Source: a bacterium
GTDB lineage: Bacteria > Oederibacteriota > CAKKQC01
Reading direction: 5' to 3'
Assembly (NCBI GenBank): GCA_919901855.1
Contig: CAKKQC010000008.1
Coordinates: forward strand, 20,345 to 84,344
Length of the DNA stretch: 64,000 nucleotides
Shown here: positions 28,016 to 36,798 of the stretch, piece by piece
Layout of the letters: the number at the start of each line of letters is the position of its first letter
How positions within the stretch are numbered: position 1 is the first letter of the stretch
Program-made: the position numbers and the translations under genes
The notes under the pieces: generated by a model
What the model was told of the DNA's origin: nothing
Databases searched by the model: none
Seen by the model: the letters and a program-made list of their open reading frames with translations, nothing else

Positions 28016-28588
28016 TCAGGCTTTCCGCGCCTCCCAGCCCTCCCGGGTCATGACCACATCGGATTCGAACCGGCCCTTGGCCCCCGGCGCCTGCGCATAC
28101 ATCCCGTGGAGGGTATACCCGGCCCGCCGGAACGTCCGGAGGCTCCTCGGGTTGTAGTCCCCGATCGAGAGCCCGAAGATCATGTCCGCCCCCCGCTCCT
28201 CGAACCCGAACCGGGTCAGGAGCCGGACCGCCCGGGTCCCGATCCCGCGCCCCCAGAGCCCCTTCTCGCCGATCGACAGGTCGATCCGGAACAGGAGCTT
28301 TCCCCGGTAGAGGTCGAGCAGGCGCTGGAGGTTCATCCGCTGGAGCCAGCACTCACCCACGGGAATCCCCCCGTGCTCGATCATGAACATGAACGCGGAC
28401 TCCGAGACCTGGGCATAGAGCCCCTTCGTCTCCTCCATGGTCCGGGATCGGATGTCGTCACCCTCGGAGAAATACAGGACTTCGGGATCGTTGTTCCAGC
28501 GGTAGAGGACGTCCCAGTCGCCCTCCGTCAGCGGCCGGAGAACGACCTCCCCGTCCCGGAGCGTGACCTCGTGCGTCCGGAGCGGCAC
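28016..28588 (-). CDS. GNAT N-acetyltransferase (RimJ/RimL-like)
   Basis: VVLRPLTEGD..LYRWNNDPEV, IGEKGLWGRGIGTRAV, YNPRSLR.FRRAGY. Confidence 0.85.
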   Translation of the reverse strand: MPLRTHEVTLRDGEVVLRPLTEGDWDVLYRWNNDPEVLYFSEGDDIRSRTMEETKGLYAQVSESAFMFMIEHGGIPVGECWLQRMNLQRLLDLYRGKLLFRIDLSIGEKGLWGRGIGTRAVRLLTRFGFEERGADMIFGLSIGDYNPRSLRTFRRAGYTLHGMYAQAPGAKGRFESDVVMTREGWEARKA

Positions 28589-28592
28589 GGCC

Positions 28593-30359
28593 TCAGGACG
28601 ACGGCGAGAGGGCCGCCTGCTGGCGGTAGATGTCGGCGAAATAGCCGTGGCCGTCGCGGAGCTCGGCCGGCGGTCCCTCCTCGACGATGCGGCCCGCGTC
28701 CATGACCAGGATCCGGTCGCAACTGGCCACGGAGCCCACCCGGTGGCTGACGATGACCGCCGTGCCGCCCTTCATGAACGACCGGAGGGTGGCGAGCAGC
28801 CGCTGCTCGGTCTCGCCGTCCAGGGCGCTCATGGCCGAGTCGAGCACCAGGATCTCGGGGTCGGTCAGGAGGGCCCTGGCGATCGAGAGCCGCTGCTTCT
28901 GTCCGCCCGAGAGCGAGACCCCGCGCTCCCCTATCACGGTCTCGAGGCCCCCCTTATGCTCGCGAACGAAGTCCGCGGCCATCGAGTCGTCCAGCGCCTT
29001 CCAGATCGCGGCATCGTCGCGGGCGCCCTGGGTGTAGAGCACGTTCTCCCGGATCGTGCCCGAGAACAGGACCACGTCCTGGGGCACGAGGCCGAACGCC
29101 CGGCGCACGCTCGCCAGCTCCCACTCCCTCAAGTCCCGGCCGTTGAGGAGGATACGTCCCTCCGTCGGGTCGTAGTACCGGAGCATTAGCGCCATGAGCG
29201 TGGACTTGCCGCAACCGGACGGGCCGATGATCCCGACCTGCCGGCCGGCCTGCATCGTGACCGAGACGTTGCGCAGGGACCAGGGCAGGGCCGGGCCGTA
29301 TCGGAACGAGACCTTCTCGAAGACGATCTCGCGGACGGGCTCCGTCAGCCGCGGAGCCCCGGGGGCGCTCGCGATCTCGATCGGCTCGTCCAGGAGCCGG
29401 AAGACCTTGGTGAGCGACCCCGAGGCCTGCGCGACCATCTGGGGCAGGTTGCACACGGCGATCACCGCCGGGAACAGGGACCCGAAGTAGCCGTAGAACG
29501 CGACGATGGTCCCCAGGGTGGCCTGCCCCCGGAGGTAGAGATAGCCGCCGTACACGAACACGATCATGAACCCGATGTGGATGAGCAGTCCGTTGATGAA
29601 CCCGTAGGTCGCCGAGTAGCGGTTGTACTCGACGTGCAGGTCGCGGTGCAGGAACGCGCGCTTGCCGAACTTCTCCGCCTCGTAGTCCTCGGCGGCGAAC
29701 GAGCGGACGACCCGGACGGCCCCGACCTTCTCGACCACCATCCCGCAGAGGATGCCCCAGTTCTCGCGGATCTTCTCGCTCGTGCCCCGCATCTTGGGGC
29801 GGAGCCAGAAGAACGCGGCGATCATGCCCGGGAACACGGCCGTGATCGCGAGCGTGAGCGGCAGGCTCATCCGGATCAGGATCACGTACCCGCCGAGCAC
29901 GATCAGGGCGTTCGCCAGCGCGTTGATCATGCCCGCGGTCATGACGTGGGTGATGGCCCCGGGGTCGCCCACCGCGGTCATGAGCAGCCGGCCCGCGTGG
30001 GAGCCGTCGTAGAACTTCTGCGACAGCTTGAGCATGTGGTCGGCGAGCACGGTCCGCGAGCGCTGGGTCACGACGACGAGGAGCCGGAACAGGACGCGGT
30101 TGAACAGGAACACCAGGAACGAGTTCGCGAAGAGAATGCAGGCGCCGACCACGATGACGACGACGCCCACGCTCCAGGACCAGTGGTCGGAAACGAGCAC
30201 CCGGTCCACCATGGTCTTGTTCGCGTACGGCCACCACAGCCCCAGCGTCACGCGCACGAGGATGTTCGCGATCAGGATGGACACGACCGTCCGGTGCGGC
30301 AGGATGAACTCGCGGAAGAACCGCCAGAAGTACGATGGTTCGATCTGCGCTTTAGCCAC
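28593..30359 (-). CDS. ABC exporter half-transporter (TMD-NBD), non-canonical Walker B
   Basis: GPSGCGKST, LSGGQKQR, ILVLDS (Glu to Ser), SHR. Confidence 0.9.
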   Translation of the reverse strand: MAKAQIEPSYFWRFFREFILPHRTVVSILIANILVRVTLGLWWPYANKTMVDRVLVSDHWSWSVGVVVIVVGACILFANSFLVFLFNRVLFRLLVVVTQRSRTVLADHMLKLSQKFYDGSHAGRLLMTAVGDPGAITHVMTAGMINALANALIVLGGYVILIRMSLPLTLAITAVFPGMIAAFFWLRPKMRGTSEKIRENWGILCGMVVEKVGAVRVVRSFAAEDYEAEKFGKRAFLHRDLHVEYNRYSATYGFINGLLIHIGFMIVFVYGGYLYLRGQATLGTIVAFYGYFGSLFPAVIAVCNLPQMVAQASGSLTKVFRLLDEPIEIASAPGAPRLTEPVREIVFEKVSFRYGPALPWSLRNVSVTMQAGRQVGIIGPSGCGKSTLMALMLRYYDPTEGRILLNGRDLREWELASVRRAFGLVPQDVVLFSGTIRENVLYTQGARDDAAIWKALDDSMAADFVREHKGGLETVIGERGVSLSGGQKQRLSIARALLTDPEILVLDSAMSALDGETEQRLLATLRSFMKGGTAVIVSHRVGSVASCDRILVMDAGRIVEEGPPAELRDGHGYFADIYRQQAALSPSS

Positions 30360-32172
30360 GGATCACCCCCGCCGTGAAGTGGGCCGCGTGGAGCTTGGCG
30401 TAAACGCTCTCCGGGTTCGCGAGCAGGTCCGCGGGCTTGCCCATCTCGAGGATCCGCCCCCGCTCCATGACCACCACGAGATCGCAGTTCCGGATCGTCG
30501 AGAGCCGGTGCGCGATGATGAATGACGTCCGCTTCCGGAGCAGCTCGACGATGGCCACCTGCAGGAGCGCCTCTTCCTTGGAGTCGAGCGAGGACGTGGC
30601 CTCGTCCAGGATCACGATCGCGGGATCGATCAGGAGCGCACGCGCGATCGAAAGCCGCTGGGCCTCGCCCTCGGACGGCGTCACGCCCTCCTCGCCGCCC
30701 ACGCGGGTGTCGAGGCCCTTGGGCAGGCTCCGGACGTAGCCCGCGATCTGGGAGACCTCGAGCACGCGCCAGATATCGTCCTCGGTCGCGGCCGGCTTCC
30801 CGTACGCGACGTTGGCCCGCAGCGTGTCGCTGAACAGGACCACGTCCTGCGGGACGATGCCGATGTGCCGCCGCAGGTCCTGGGGGTGGATGTCCACCGT
30901 CGGCGTGCCGTCGATCAGGATCGAGCCTTTCGTGGGCCGGTAGAAGTCCTGGAGCAGGTTCACGGTCGTCGTCTTGCCGCACCCCGTATGCCCGACGAGC
31001 GCGACGGAGGTCCCCGGCGCGACGCCGTAGTGGATGTCCTGGAGGACCGGCTTGCCCGTCTCGTACTCGAAGTACACGTGCTCGAACCGGACCTCCCCCT
31101 TCACCCCGCTGATGTGCCGCCGCCCCTCGGATAGGCGGGCCTCCTCGACCTCCTCCAGGATCGTGGTGATGCGCTCGGCCGAGACCGCGGACTGCTGCCA
31201 GGTGTTCAGCAGGTTGAACGAGGTCTCGACGGGCGCCAGGATGTACCCGATCAGGCCGGACAGCGAGAGCAGCTCCCCGAGCTTCATGTCCCCGTTGATG
31301 ACCAGCAAGCAGCCCATGGCGAAGGCCGCGTGGCGCGAGACCCCCGAGGTGAGCCCGCCGAGGACGTTCATCCGGGTGCCCTCCATCGTCATCCGGTACC
31401 AGGTGTCGGACGCGACGTGCCCGAACTGGTGGTGCGTGAGCGCCTCCCGGCGCTCGCGGGTGAAGGCCTGGATCACGGTCATGCCCTTGAGCTTCTCGCC
31501 CCAGTTGCCCCACAGGTGGTCCTCGGCGCGGCGCCAGGCGCGCGCGGCCTTATGCACGAGCGGCAGGAACCGCTTGATGATCCCGGCGTAGATGGGGACG
31601 AAGCAGAGGACGACGACGCCGAGGCTCGTGTTCCAGGTCAGGAGGATGACGAGCGCGACGATCCCCATCATGAACTGGAGGGAAACGTTCACGAGCTCGC
31701 TGCCGACCAGGGTCAGGAGCTGGCGGGTGTCGTTCGTGACCCGGTTCACGATCTCGCCCGACAGGGTCCGGTCGAAGTAGCTGATCGTAAGCCGGTGGAG
31801 CTTGGCGTACACGGCGAGCCGCAGGTCCGCGACGACGGTCTCGATGATCCGGACCGTCCCCTGGATTCCGACGAGGTAGAGGGCGTGATAGACCAGGGCG
31901 TATATCCCGTAGCATGCGACGAAGAGCCAGATCGTGGGGAACGACTTCGAGGGCAGGACGGTGTCGAAGTAGATCTTGACCGCGATCGGGGTCAGGATCC
32001 CGCAGGCGAAGTACGCGCCGTAGATGAAGAACCAGGTGACGATCCGCCGGCGGTACGGGCGGAAGAACGGCCAGAACGACAGCAGGACCCGGAGCCCGAA
32101 GGAGGACTCCGCGGCCGTTGCGGCCGGCGCCGAAGGCGGGACCACCGGGATCGCCGACTCAGCCGCAGGCAC
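30352..32172 (-). CDS. ABC exporter half-transporter (TMD-NBD), non-canonical signature motif
   Basis: GHTGCGKTT, PSEGEAQR, ILDEATSSLD, AHRL. Confidence 0.9.
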   Translation of the reverse strand: MPAAESAIPVVPPSAPAATAAESSFGLRVLLSFWPFFRPYRRRIVTWFFIYGAYFACGILTPIAVKIYFDTVLPSKSFPTIWLFVACYGIYALVYHALYLVGIQGTVRIIETVVADLRLAVYAKLHRLTISYFDRTLSGEIVNRVTNDTRQLLTLVGSELVNVSLQFMMGIVALVILLTWNTSLGVVVLCFVPIYAGIIKRFLPLVHKAARAWRRAEDHLWGNWGEKLKGMTVIQAFTRERREALTHHQFGHVASDTWYRMTMEGTRMNVLGGLTSGVSRHAAFAMGCLLVINGDMKLGELLSLSGLIGYILAPVETSFNLLNTWQQSAVSAERITTILEEVEEARLSEGRRHISGVKGEVRFEHVYFEYETGKPVLQDIHYGVAPGTSVALVGHTGCGKTTTVNLLQDFYRPTKGSILIDGTPTVDIHPQDLRRHIGIVPQDVVLFSDTLRANVAYGKPAATEDDIWRVLEVSQIAGYVRSLPKGLDTRVGGEEGVTPSEGEAQRLSIARALLIDPAIVILDEATSSLDSKEEALLQVAIVELLRKRTSFIIAHRLSTIRNCDLVVVMERGRILEMGKPADLLANPESVYAKLHAAHFTAGVIRG

Positions 32173-32190
32173 GGTGGATTTCGCCGGTCC

Positions 32191-33561
32191 TTACTTGAGG
32201 GGCGGGAGGATGCGCTTCTGCAGGGTCAGCATCTCGTCCACCATCTCGACCGCGCCGCGGTAGGTGTGCACCACGGGCTCCAGCAGGATCGCCTGCACGA
32301 GTTTGGCCTTCGACTCCTCCGCGTACGCCTCGACCAGCAGCTTGTTGATGCTCGCCTGGGTGCGCAGCAGCGCCGCGATGCCCTCGGGCAGGGGCGCCAT
32401 CCGCCTCGTCCGGCACCCGCCCCGGTCGGAGGTCCCGGGCACCTCGACGACCATGTCGTCGGGCAGGTTCGGGATCGCGCCCCGGTTGGGCACGTTCATG
32501 GAGTCGAGATCGTGCGGCACGCCACAGAGCAGGGACTCGATGATCGTGGCCCCGAGCTCCCCGGACTTCTCGAGCTTGTCCTTCATGCCCCGGTCGTCGG
32601 GATTCCAATCCTCGGCCGTCCGGGCCTTCTTGGGCTTCATCGGCCGGTCGCAGTTCGTGTACTCGAGCGAGTAGATGAACTCCGGAACCGGCACCTTGCC
32701 CTGCCACGGGTGACCGTCGGCGGCGTCGTAGTAGTACTGGGGCTCGTCCGACAGGAACTCGTCGGCCCACCGGATGTACTCGCCGAAATGGTTGGTCCCC
32801 GGCGAGGGCCAGAGCCCGAACCGGCGGAACAGGATCCGGGCCATCGCGATCTCCTGCCAGTGCGAGAGCCAGTCCCCCCCGCGGTCGGCCTTGACGAGGT
32901 CGGGGTACAGGTCCCGGCCGGTCTTCTTGTCGCGGAGCGTCTGGAACCACGTGAAGTGGTTGAGCCCGCACGCCGCGTACTCCATGCTCTTGACGGGCCG
33001 GCCCAGGACCGTCGAGACCCACCCGATGCCCATCCCGATCCCGTGGCACAGTCCGATGGCCTTGACGCTCGTGAGCCGGGACACAGCCTCGACCAGCTTG
33101 GGCTCGGGGTTCGTGTAGTTCAGGAGCGGCGCGCCGGGGGCGAGCTTCTCCATGGTCCTGGCGATCTCGAGCGTGGGCCCCATGTTCCGGAGCGCGTGGA
33201 AGTCGCCGCCGGGCCCGCCGTTCTCGCCGTAGACCTGCCGGAAGCCGTACTTGCGGGGCACGTGGAAATCCATGGCCCAGTACAGGTACCGGTCCACCTC
33301 GATCGCGCTCACGACGGCGCCCGCGCCCTCGACCGCTTGTCTGAGGCTCGTCGTGGCCTCGACCACCACGTTCCCCTTCACCCGGCGGTTGACGGCGCGG
33401 GCGTACGCCGCCGTCTCGCGGACGTGGCTTCCGATCGTGTCCATGAGCGTCAGGGTCACGCCGAGGTCCTTGAGCGGCTTGCTGAGGAAGATGTCGCGAA
33501 TGGTGGCGGGACCGAACGACCGGCTGCCGGCCCCGATGATAGCGATCTTTGCGCGCGCCAT
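32191..33561 (-). CDS. Family 4 glycoside hydrolase (NAD+/Mn-dependent; alpha-galactosidase/glucosidase-like)
   Basis: IAIIGAGS, GENGGPGG, NYTNP, GLCHG, GLNHF, NVPNRGAIPNLPDD.VVEVP. Confidence 0.9.
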   Translation of the reverse strand: MARAKIAIIGAGSRSFGPATIRDIFLSKPLKDLGVTLTLMDTIGSHVRETAAYARAVNRRVKGNVVVEATTSLRQAVEGAGAVVSAIEVDRYLYWAMDFHVPRKYGFRQVYGENGGPGGDFHALRNMGPTLEIARTMEKLAPGAPLLNYTNPEPKLVEAVSRLTSVKAIGLCHGIGMGIGWVSTVLGRPVKSMEYAACGLNHFTWFQTLRDKKTGRDLYPDLVKADRGGDWLSHWQEIAMARILFRRFGLWPSPGTNHFGEYIRWADEFLSDEPQYYYDAADGHPWQGKVPVPEFIYSLEYTNCDRPMKPKKARTAEDWNPDDRGMKDKLEKSGELGATIIESLLCGVPHDLDSMNVPNRGAIPNLPDDMVVEVPGTSDRGGCRTRRMAPLPEGIAALLRTQASINKLLVEAYAEESKAKLVQAILLEPVVHTYRGAVEMVDEMLTLQKRILPPLK

Positions 33562-33591
33562 GGTGGATTATTCTACTACAATACTTCCATG
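33559..33591. promoter_or_regulatory. Back-to-back leaderless promoters
   Basis: Minus TAGAAT (33570-33575)-N8-ATG (33561); plus TACAAT (33577-33582)-N6-ATG (33589). Confidence 0.7.
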
Positions 33592-34167
33592 GCTTCGGAG
33601 AATCCCGTCGCAATCTTCAACCGCTGGTACGCCCACGCCGAGCGTGGCGGCGAGCACCTGCCCGACGCCGTGGCGCTGGCCACCTCGGACCGCGGTCGTC
33701 CCTCCGTCCGGTACGTGCTCCTCAAGGGCGCCGACGACCGGGGCTTCGTCTTCTACACGAACCTCGGGAGCCCGAAGGCGAAGCACCTGCGCGCCAACCC
33801 GCGGGCCGAGATGGCGTTCTACTGGGACAAGCCTGGCCGGCAGGTCCGGGTCGGCGGCCGGGTCGTGCCCGTGAGCGCTGCCGAGGCCGACGCCTACTGG
33901 GACACCCGGCCGCGCATCTCGCGGCTGGGTGGCATCGCCTCACAACAGAGCCGGCCGATGCCGAGCCGGGCCGCGCTGCTCGCGCGGCTCGCCCGCGTCA
34001 CGCTCCGGTACGCGGGCCGGCACATTCCGCGCCCCGCGAACTGGTCCGGGTTCCGGATCGTCCCGGATCGCATCGAGTTCTGGTCCCGCCGGTCGTGGCG
34101 CCTGCACGACCGCGCCCTCTTCCAGCGCACGCGCCGCGGCTGGAAGAAGACGATCCTCCAACCCTGA
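33589..34167 (+). CDS. pdxH: Pyridoxamine 5'-phosphate oxidase
   Basis: ALATS..PSVRYVLLKG, FVFYTN..S.K, RQVRV.G, YW.TRPR.S, SQQS, IEFW...RLHDR. Confidence 0.92.
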   Translation: MASENPVAIFNRWYAHAERGGEHLPDAVALATSDRGRPSVRYVLLKGADDRGFVFYTNLGSPKAKHLRANPRAEMAFYWDKPGRQVRVGGRVVPVSAAEADAYWDTRPRISRLGGIASQQSRPMPSRAALLARLARVTLRYAGRHIPRPANWSGFRIVPDRIEFWSRRSWRLHDRALFQRTRRGWKKTILQP

Positions 34168-34187
34168 TGTTCCCGAGAACAGGCTTC

Positions 34188-34211
34188 GAGTTGCCGCGAG
34201 AGCGGCAACTC
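34188..34211. other. Perfect 10-bp hairpin with GAGA loop between pdxH and the HAD gene
   Basis: gagttgccgc-gaga-gcggcaactc. Confidence 0.5.
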
Positions 34212-34217
34212 TAGTCC

Positions 34218-34937
34218 ATGCCCCCGCCCGCACGACCGCGGGGCCTCCTCTTCGACCTGGAAGGCACGCTTCTCACCCAGAAGCGCTGGGACCCCGCGGA
34301 GGGCGCCGTGCGCCTGCTCATGCTCGCCCGCAACGCGCTGGACACCACCCCCGAGATCGTGCGTCAGCGGATGGCCGAGCTCCACGCGGCTCTGCGCGTC
34401 CGCCGCGTCGAGGCCGGGATCGAGCTGCCCATGCGCGCGCGGCTCAAGATCCTGTTCGAGCGGCTGGGGATCGTGTTCGAAACCCCGGCGGCCGATCTCG
34501 AGTGGGAGATGTGGCGGGAATCCCTGTGGCTCATCCCCGAGCCCGGCGCCGTCGACGCCATGATCGATGTCATGCACCGCGAGCTCCCGGCGGGCGTCGT
34601 CACCAACAACCCATTCACGGGCGAGACCGTGATCCGCGAGCTCAAGATCCACGGCCTCGACGAGACGCTGCGGTTCGTGATCTCGTCGGCCGACTACGGC
34701 GTGCGCAAACCCGATCCCCTGATATTCCACACGGCCGTGGGCCGGCTGGGCGTTGACCCCACGAAGGTCTGGCACGTGGGCAACTCGTCCGAGATCGACA
34801 TGGTCGGCGCGAAGGCGGCGGGCCTGCGAACGGTCTGGTACAACCCCGAGGGCAAGGTCCTGCCCCCGAGCGTGAACCCGGACGGCGAGATCAGGTCCTG
34901 GGCCGACTTCCCCGCCCTGCTGGACAGGGGATTGTAG
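34218..34937 (+). CDS. HAD-superfamily hydrolase (YigB/YjjG-like)
   Basis: LFDLEGTL, VVTN, KPDPLIF, HVGNSSEIDMVGA. Confidence 0.8.
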   Translation: MPPPARPRGLLFDLEGTLLTQKRWDPAEGAVRLLMLARNALDTTPEIVRQRMAELHAALRVRRVEAGIELPMRARLKILFERLGIVFETPAADLEWEMWRESLWLIPEPGAVDAMIDVMHRELPAGVVTNNPFTGETVIRELKIHGLDETLRFVISSADYGVRKPDPLIFHTAVGRLGVDPTKVWHVGNSSEIDMVGAKAAGLRTVWYNPEGKVLPPSVNPDGEIRSWADFPALLDRGL

Positions 34938-34953
34938 CCCCGGCCGGGGCGGC

Positions 34954-35730
34954 TCAATGCGCAGCCGCGAAATCCTCCAGCGCCTTCAGGCCCGCCAAGG
35001 CGCCGCTGTGCGCGAACACGATCGCCTTCACGTCGGCCGGGTTGAGCCGGGCCGCCAGCGCCTTCAGCGACCGGCGGTTGGCGTCCAAGCTCTCGGAGAA
35101 CCACCACTTGGCGCCCCGCATGCCCCCCTTCTTCAGCGAGTCGGCGCTGTCCCCCATGAAGAGGACGCCCCGGGCCAGGTAGGCCGCGCTCCCCCGGGTG
35201 TGGCCGGGGACCGCGAAGACCCTGACCGCCAGGCTGCCGAACCTGACGGTCTCGCCATCGCGAAGGACCCGCGCCACCTTCACCCCGGTCGGCCGGACCT
35301 CCATCAGGCGCCCGAACGGGCTGGGGGTGCCCACCATGCCCTCGACGAGCGGGACATCGGCCTCCAGCGAGGACACCGGCGCCCAGGAGAAGACCTGCAG
35401 TCCGCCCAGGTTGGCGGCGTGGCCGTGCGTCAGCAGAACGGCCTCCACGGCATCGGACCCCATCCCCAGGAAGTACAGCGCCCGGAGGATCGCCTTGGCG
35501 TCCGGATCCATGCCGGCATCCACCAGGACCACCTTGCCGGGACGCGACTGCACCACGAAGCAGGCGCTGAACCGCCGCAGCTGGACGGTGTGGACCCCGG
35601 GCGCCGGCTCGAACTCGTTCTCGATCGGCGTCGTCGCCGTGAACGCGTGAAGGACGGAGAAGAAGAGCACGACGATCGCCACCAGGGGCACCGCCACGAC
35701 GACGGCCAGGATCGTCAACAGCTTCTTCAC
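34954..35730 (-). CDS. Membrane-anchored metallo-beta-lactamase-fold protein with degenerate metal motif
   Basis: N-terminal TM; LVDAG, LTHGHAAN (vs HxHxDH), PGHTRGS, LFMGDS, FAHSG. Confidence 0.75.
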   Translation of the reverse strand: MKKLLTILAVVVAVPLVAIVVLFFSVLHAFTATTPIENEFEPAPGVHTVQLRRFSACFVVQSRPGKVVLVDAGMDPDAKAILRALYFLGMGSDAVEAVLLTHGHAANLGGLQVFSWAPVSSLEADVPLVEGMVGTPSPFGRLMEVRPTGVKVARVLRDGETVRFGSLAVRVFAVPGHTRGSAAYLARGVLFMGDSADSLKKGGMRGAKWWFSESLDANRRSLKALAARLNPADVKAIVFAHSGALAGLKALEDFAAAH

Positions 35731-35760
35731 CGCATCCCCTGCCCCGTGATCACGGCCTCG

Positions 35761-36783
35761 TCAGGCGATCCGGACTTCCTTGCCGGTCTTCGCGGACTTC
35801 AGCGCCGATTCGATGATCTGCATGATCTTGACCCCGACGTGGCCGGGCGTGGACGGCTCGGGCTTCTTCCCCAGGCACGCGCTCGCGAAGTCCGACTGCA
35901 GGGACTCGAGCTTGCGCCCTTTCGTTTCCAGCTTGCGGTCGAACGTCTTGCCCTTGTCCTCGCCGAAATACGTGAGCGGGCGCAGCCTGATGCCGCCCTC
36001 GGTGCCGAAGACGATGAAGTCGTTCCCGTCCATGTTCGTCGCCCACGCCGTCTCGAACGTGGCCGTGCACCCGTCCGCGAACCGGACGAACGCGGTCACG
36101 TGCTCCTCGACGTCGTGGACCACGCCCTTGGGCACCCGCTGGCTCCCGATTCCGGTCGTGCACGCCGCCGACACCGCCACCGGCTGGGGCGCGCCGAGCA
36201 CCTTGAGCAGGAGGTCGATGTCGTAGCAGCCGATGTCCATGATCGCCCCGCCCCCGGACTTGCTCGAATCCAGGAACCACGTCACGTTCGGCCAGAAATC
36301 GAGGCCCGGCCGGCCGCGGCGCCGCATGGACGTCACGCGGGCGTAGTAGACCCGGCCCAGCTTCCCCGCCGCCACGTACTCGCGCGAGATCGCGATCTCG
36401 GGGACGAGGTTCGACCGGGCGGAGCAGACGCCGAGCTGGACCTTCGCCTTCGCGCACGCCGAGGCCATCTCCTTCGCCTGCGCCGCGTTCATCGTCAGCG
36501 GTTTCTCGCACAGGACGTGCTTCCCCGCCGCCGCCGCGTCCTTGGCGGGCTGGAGGTGCATGGCCGGGGGCGTGCAGATGCTGACCGCGTCGACTTCGCC
36601 GAGCACCTTCCGGTAGTCGGCGACCGCCTTGCGCACCTTGAACTGCTTCGCGCGCGACTTCGCCTTCTCCTCGATGACGTCCGCGACCCAGGCGATCTCG
36701 ACCCGGGGGTCCCTGGAGTAGTTCGTCAGGTGCTCCTCCGAAATCATGCCCGCCCCGATGATGCCGACCTTCAGCTTCGCCAT
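35761..36783 (-). CDS. Gfo/Idh/MocA oxidoreductase
   Basis: VGIIGAGMI, HVLCEKP, GGGAIMDIGCYDID. Confidence 0.92.
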   Translation of the reverse strand: MAKLKVGIIGAGMISEEHLTNYSRDPRVEIAWVADVIEEKAKSRAKQFKVRKAVADYRKVLGEVDAVSICTPPAMHLQPAKDAAAAGKHVLCEKPLTMNAAQAKEMASACAKAKVQLGVCSARSNLVPEIAISREYVAAGKLGRVYYARVTSMRRRGRPGLDFWPNVTWFLDSSKSGGGAIMDIGCYDIDLLLKVLGAPQPVAVSAACTTGIGSQRVPKGVVHDVEEHVTAFVRFADGCTATFETAWATNMDGNDFIVFGTEGGIRLRPLTYFGEDKGKTFDRKLETKGRKLESLQSDFASACLGKKPEPSTPGHVGVKIMQIIESALKSAKTGKEVRIA

Positions 36784-36798
36784 TGTGTATGCTCCCTT

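Noticed and set aside
31330-33588. Apparent 945-aa fusion ending in PdxH
   Set aside because: The upstream part is antisense to the GH4 and ABC genes; PdxH starts at ATG 33589 after TACAAT.
34169-34180. Second LexA box (gttcccgagaac)
   Set aside because: Half-sites are in the reverse order (GTTC-N4-GAAC) and not inside a recognisable promoter.
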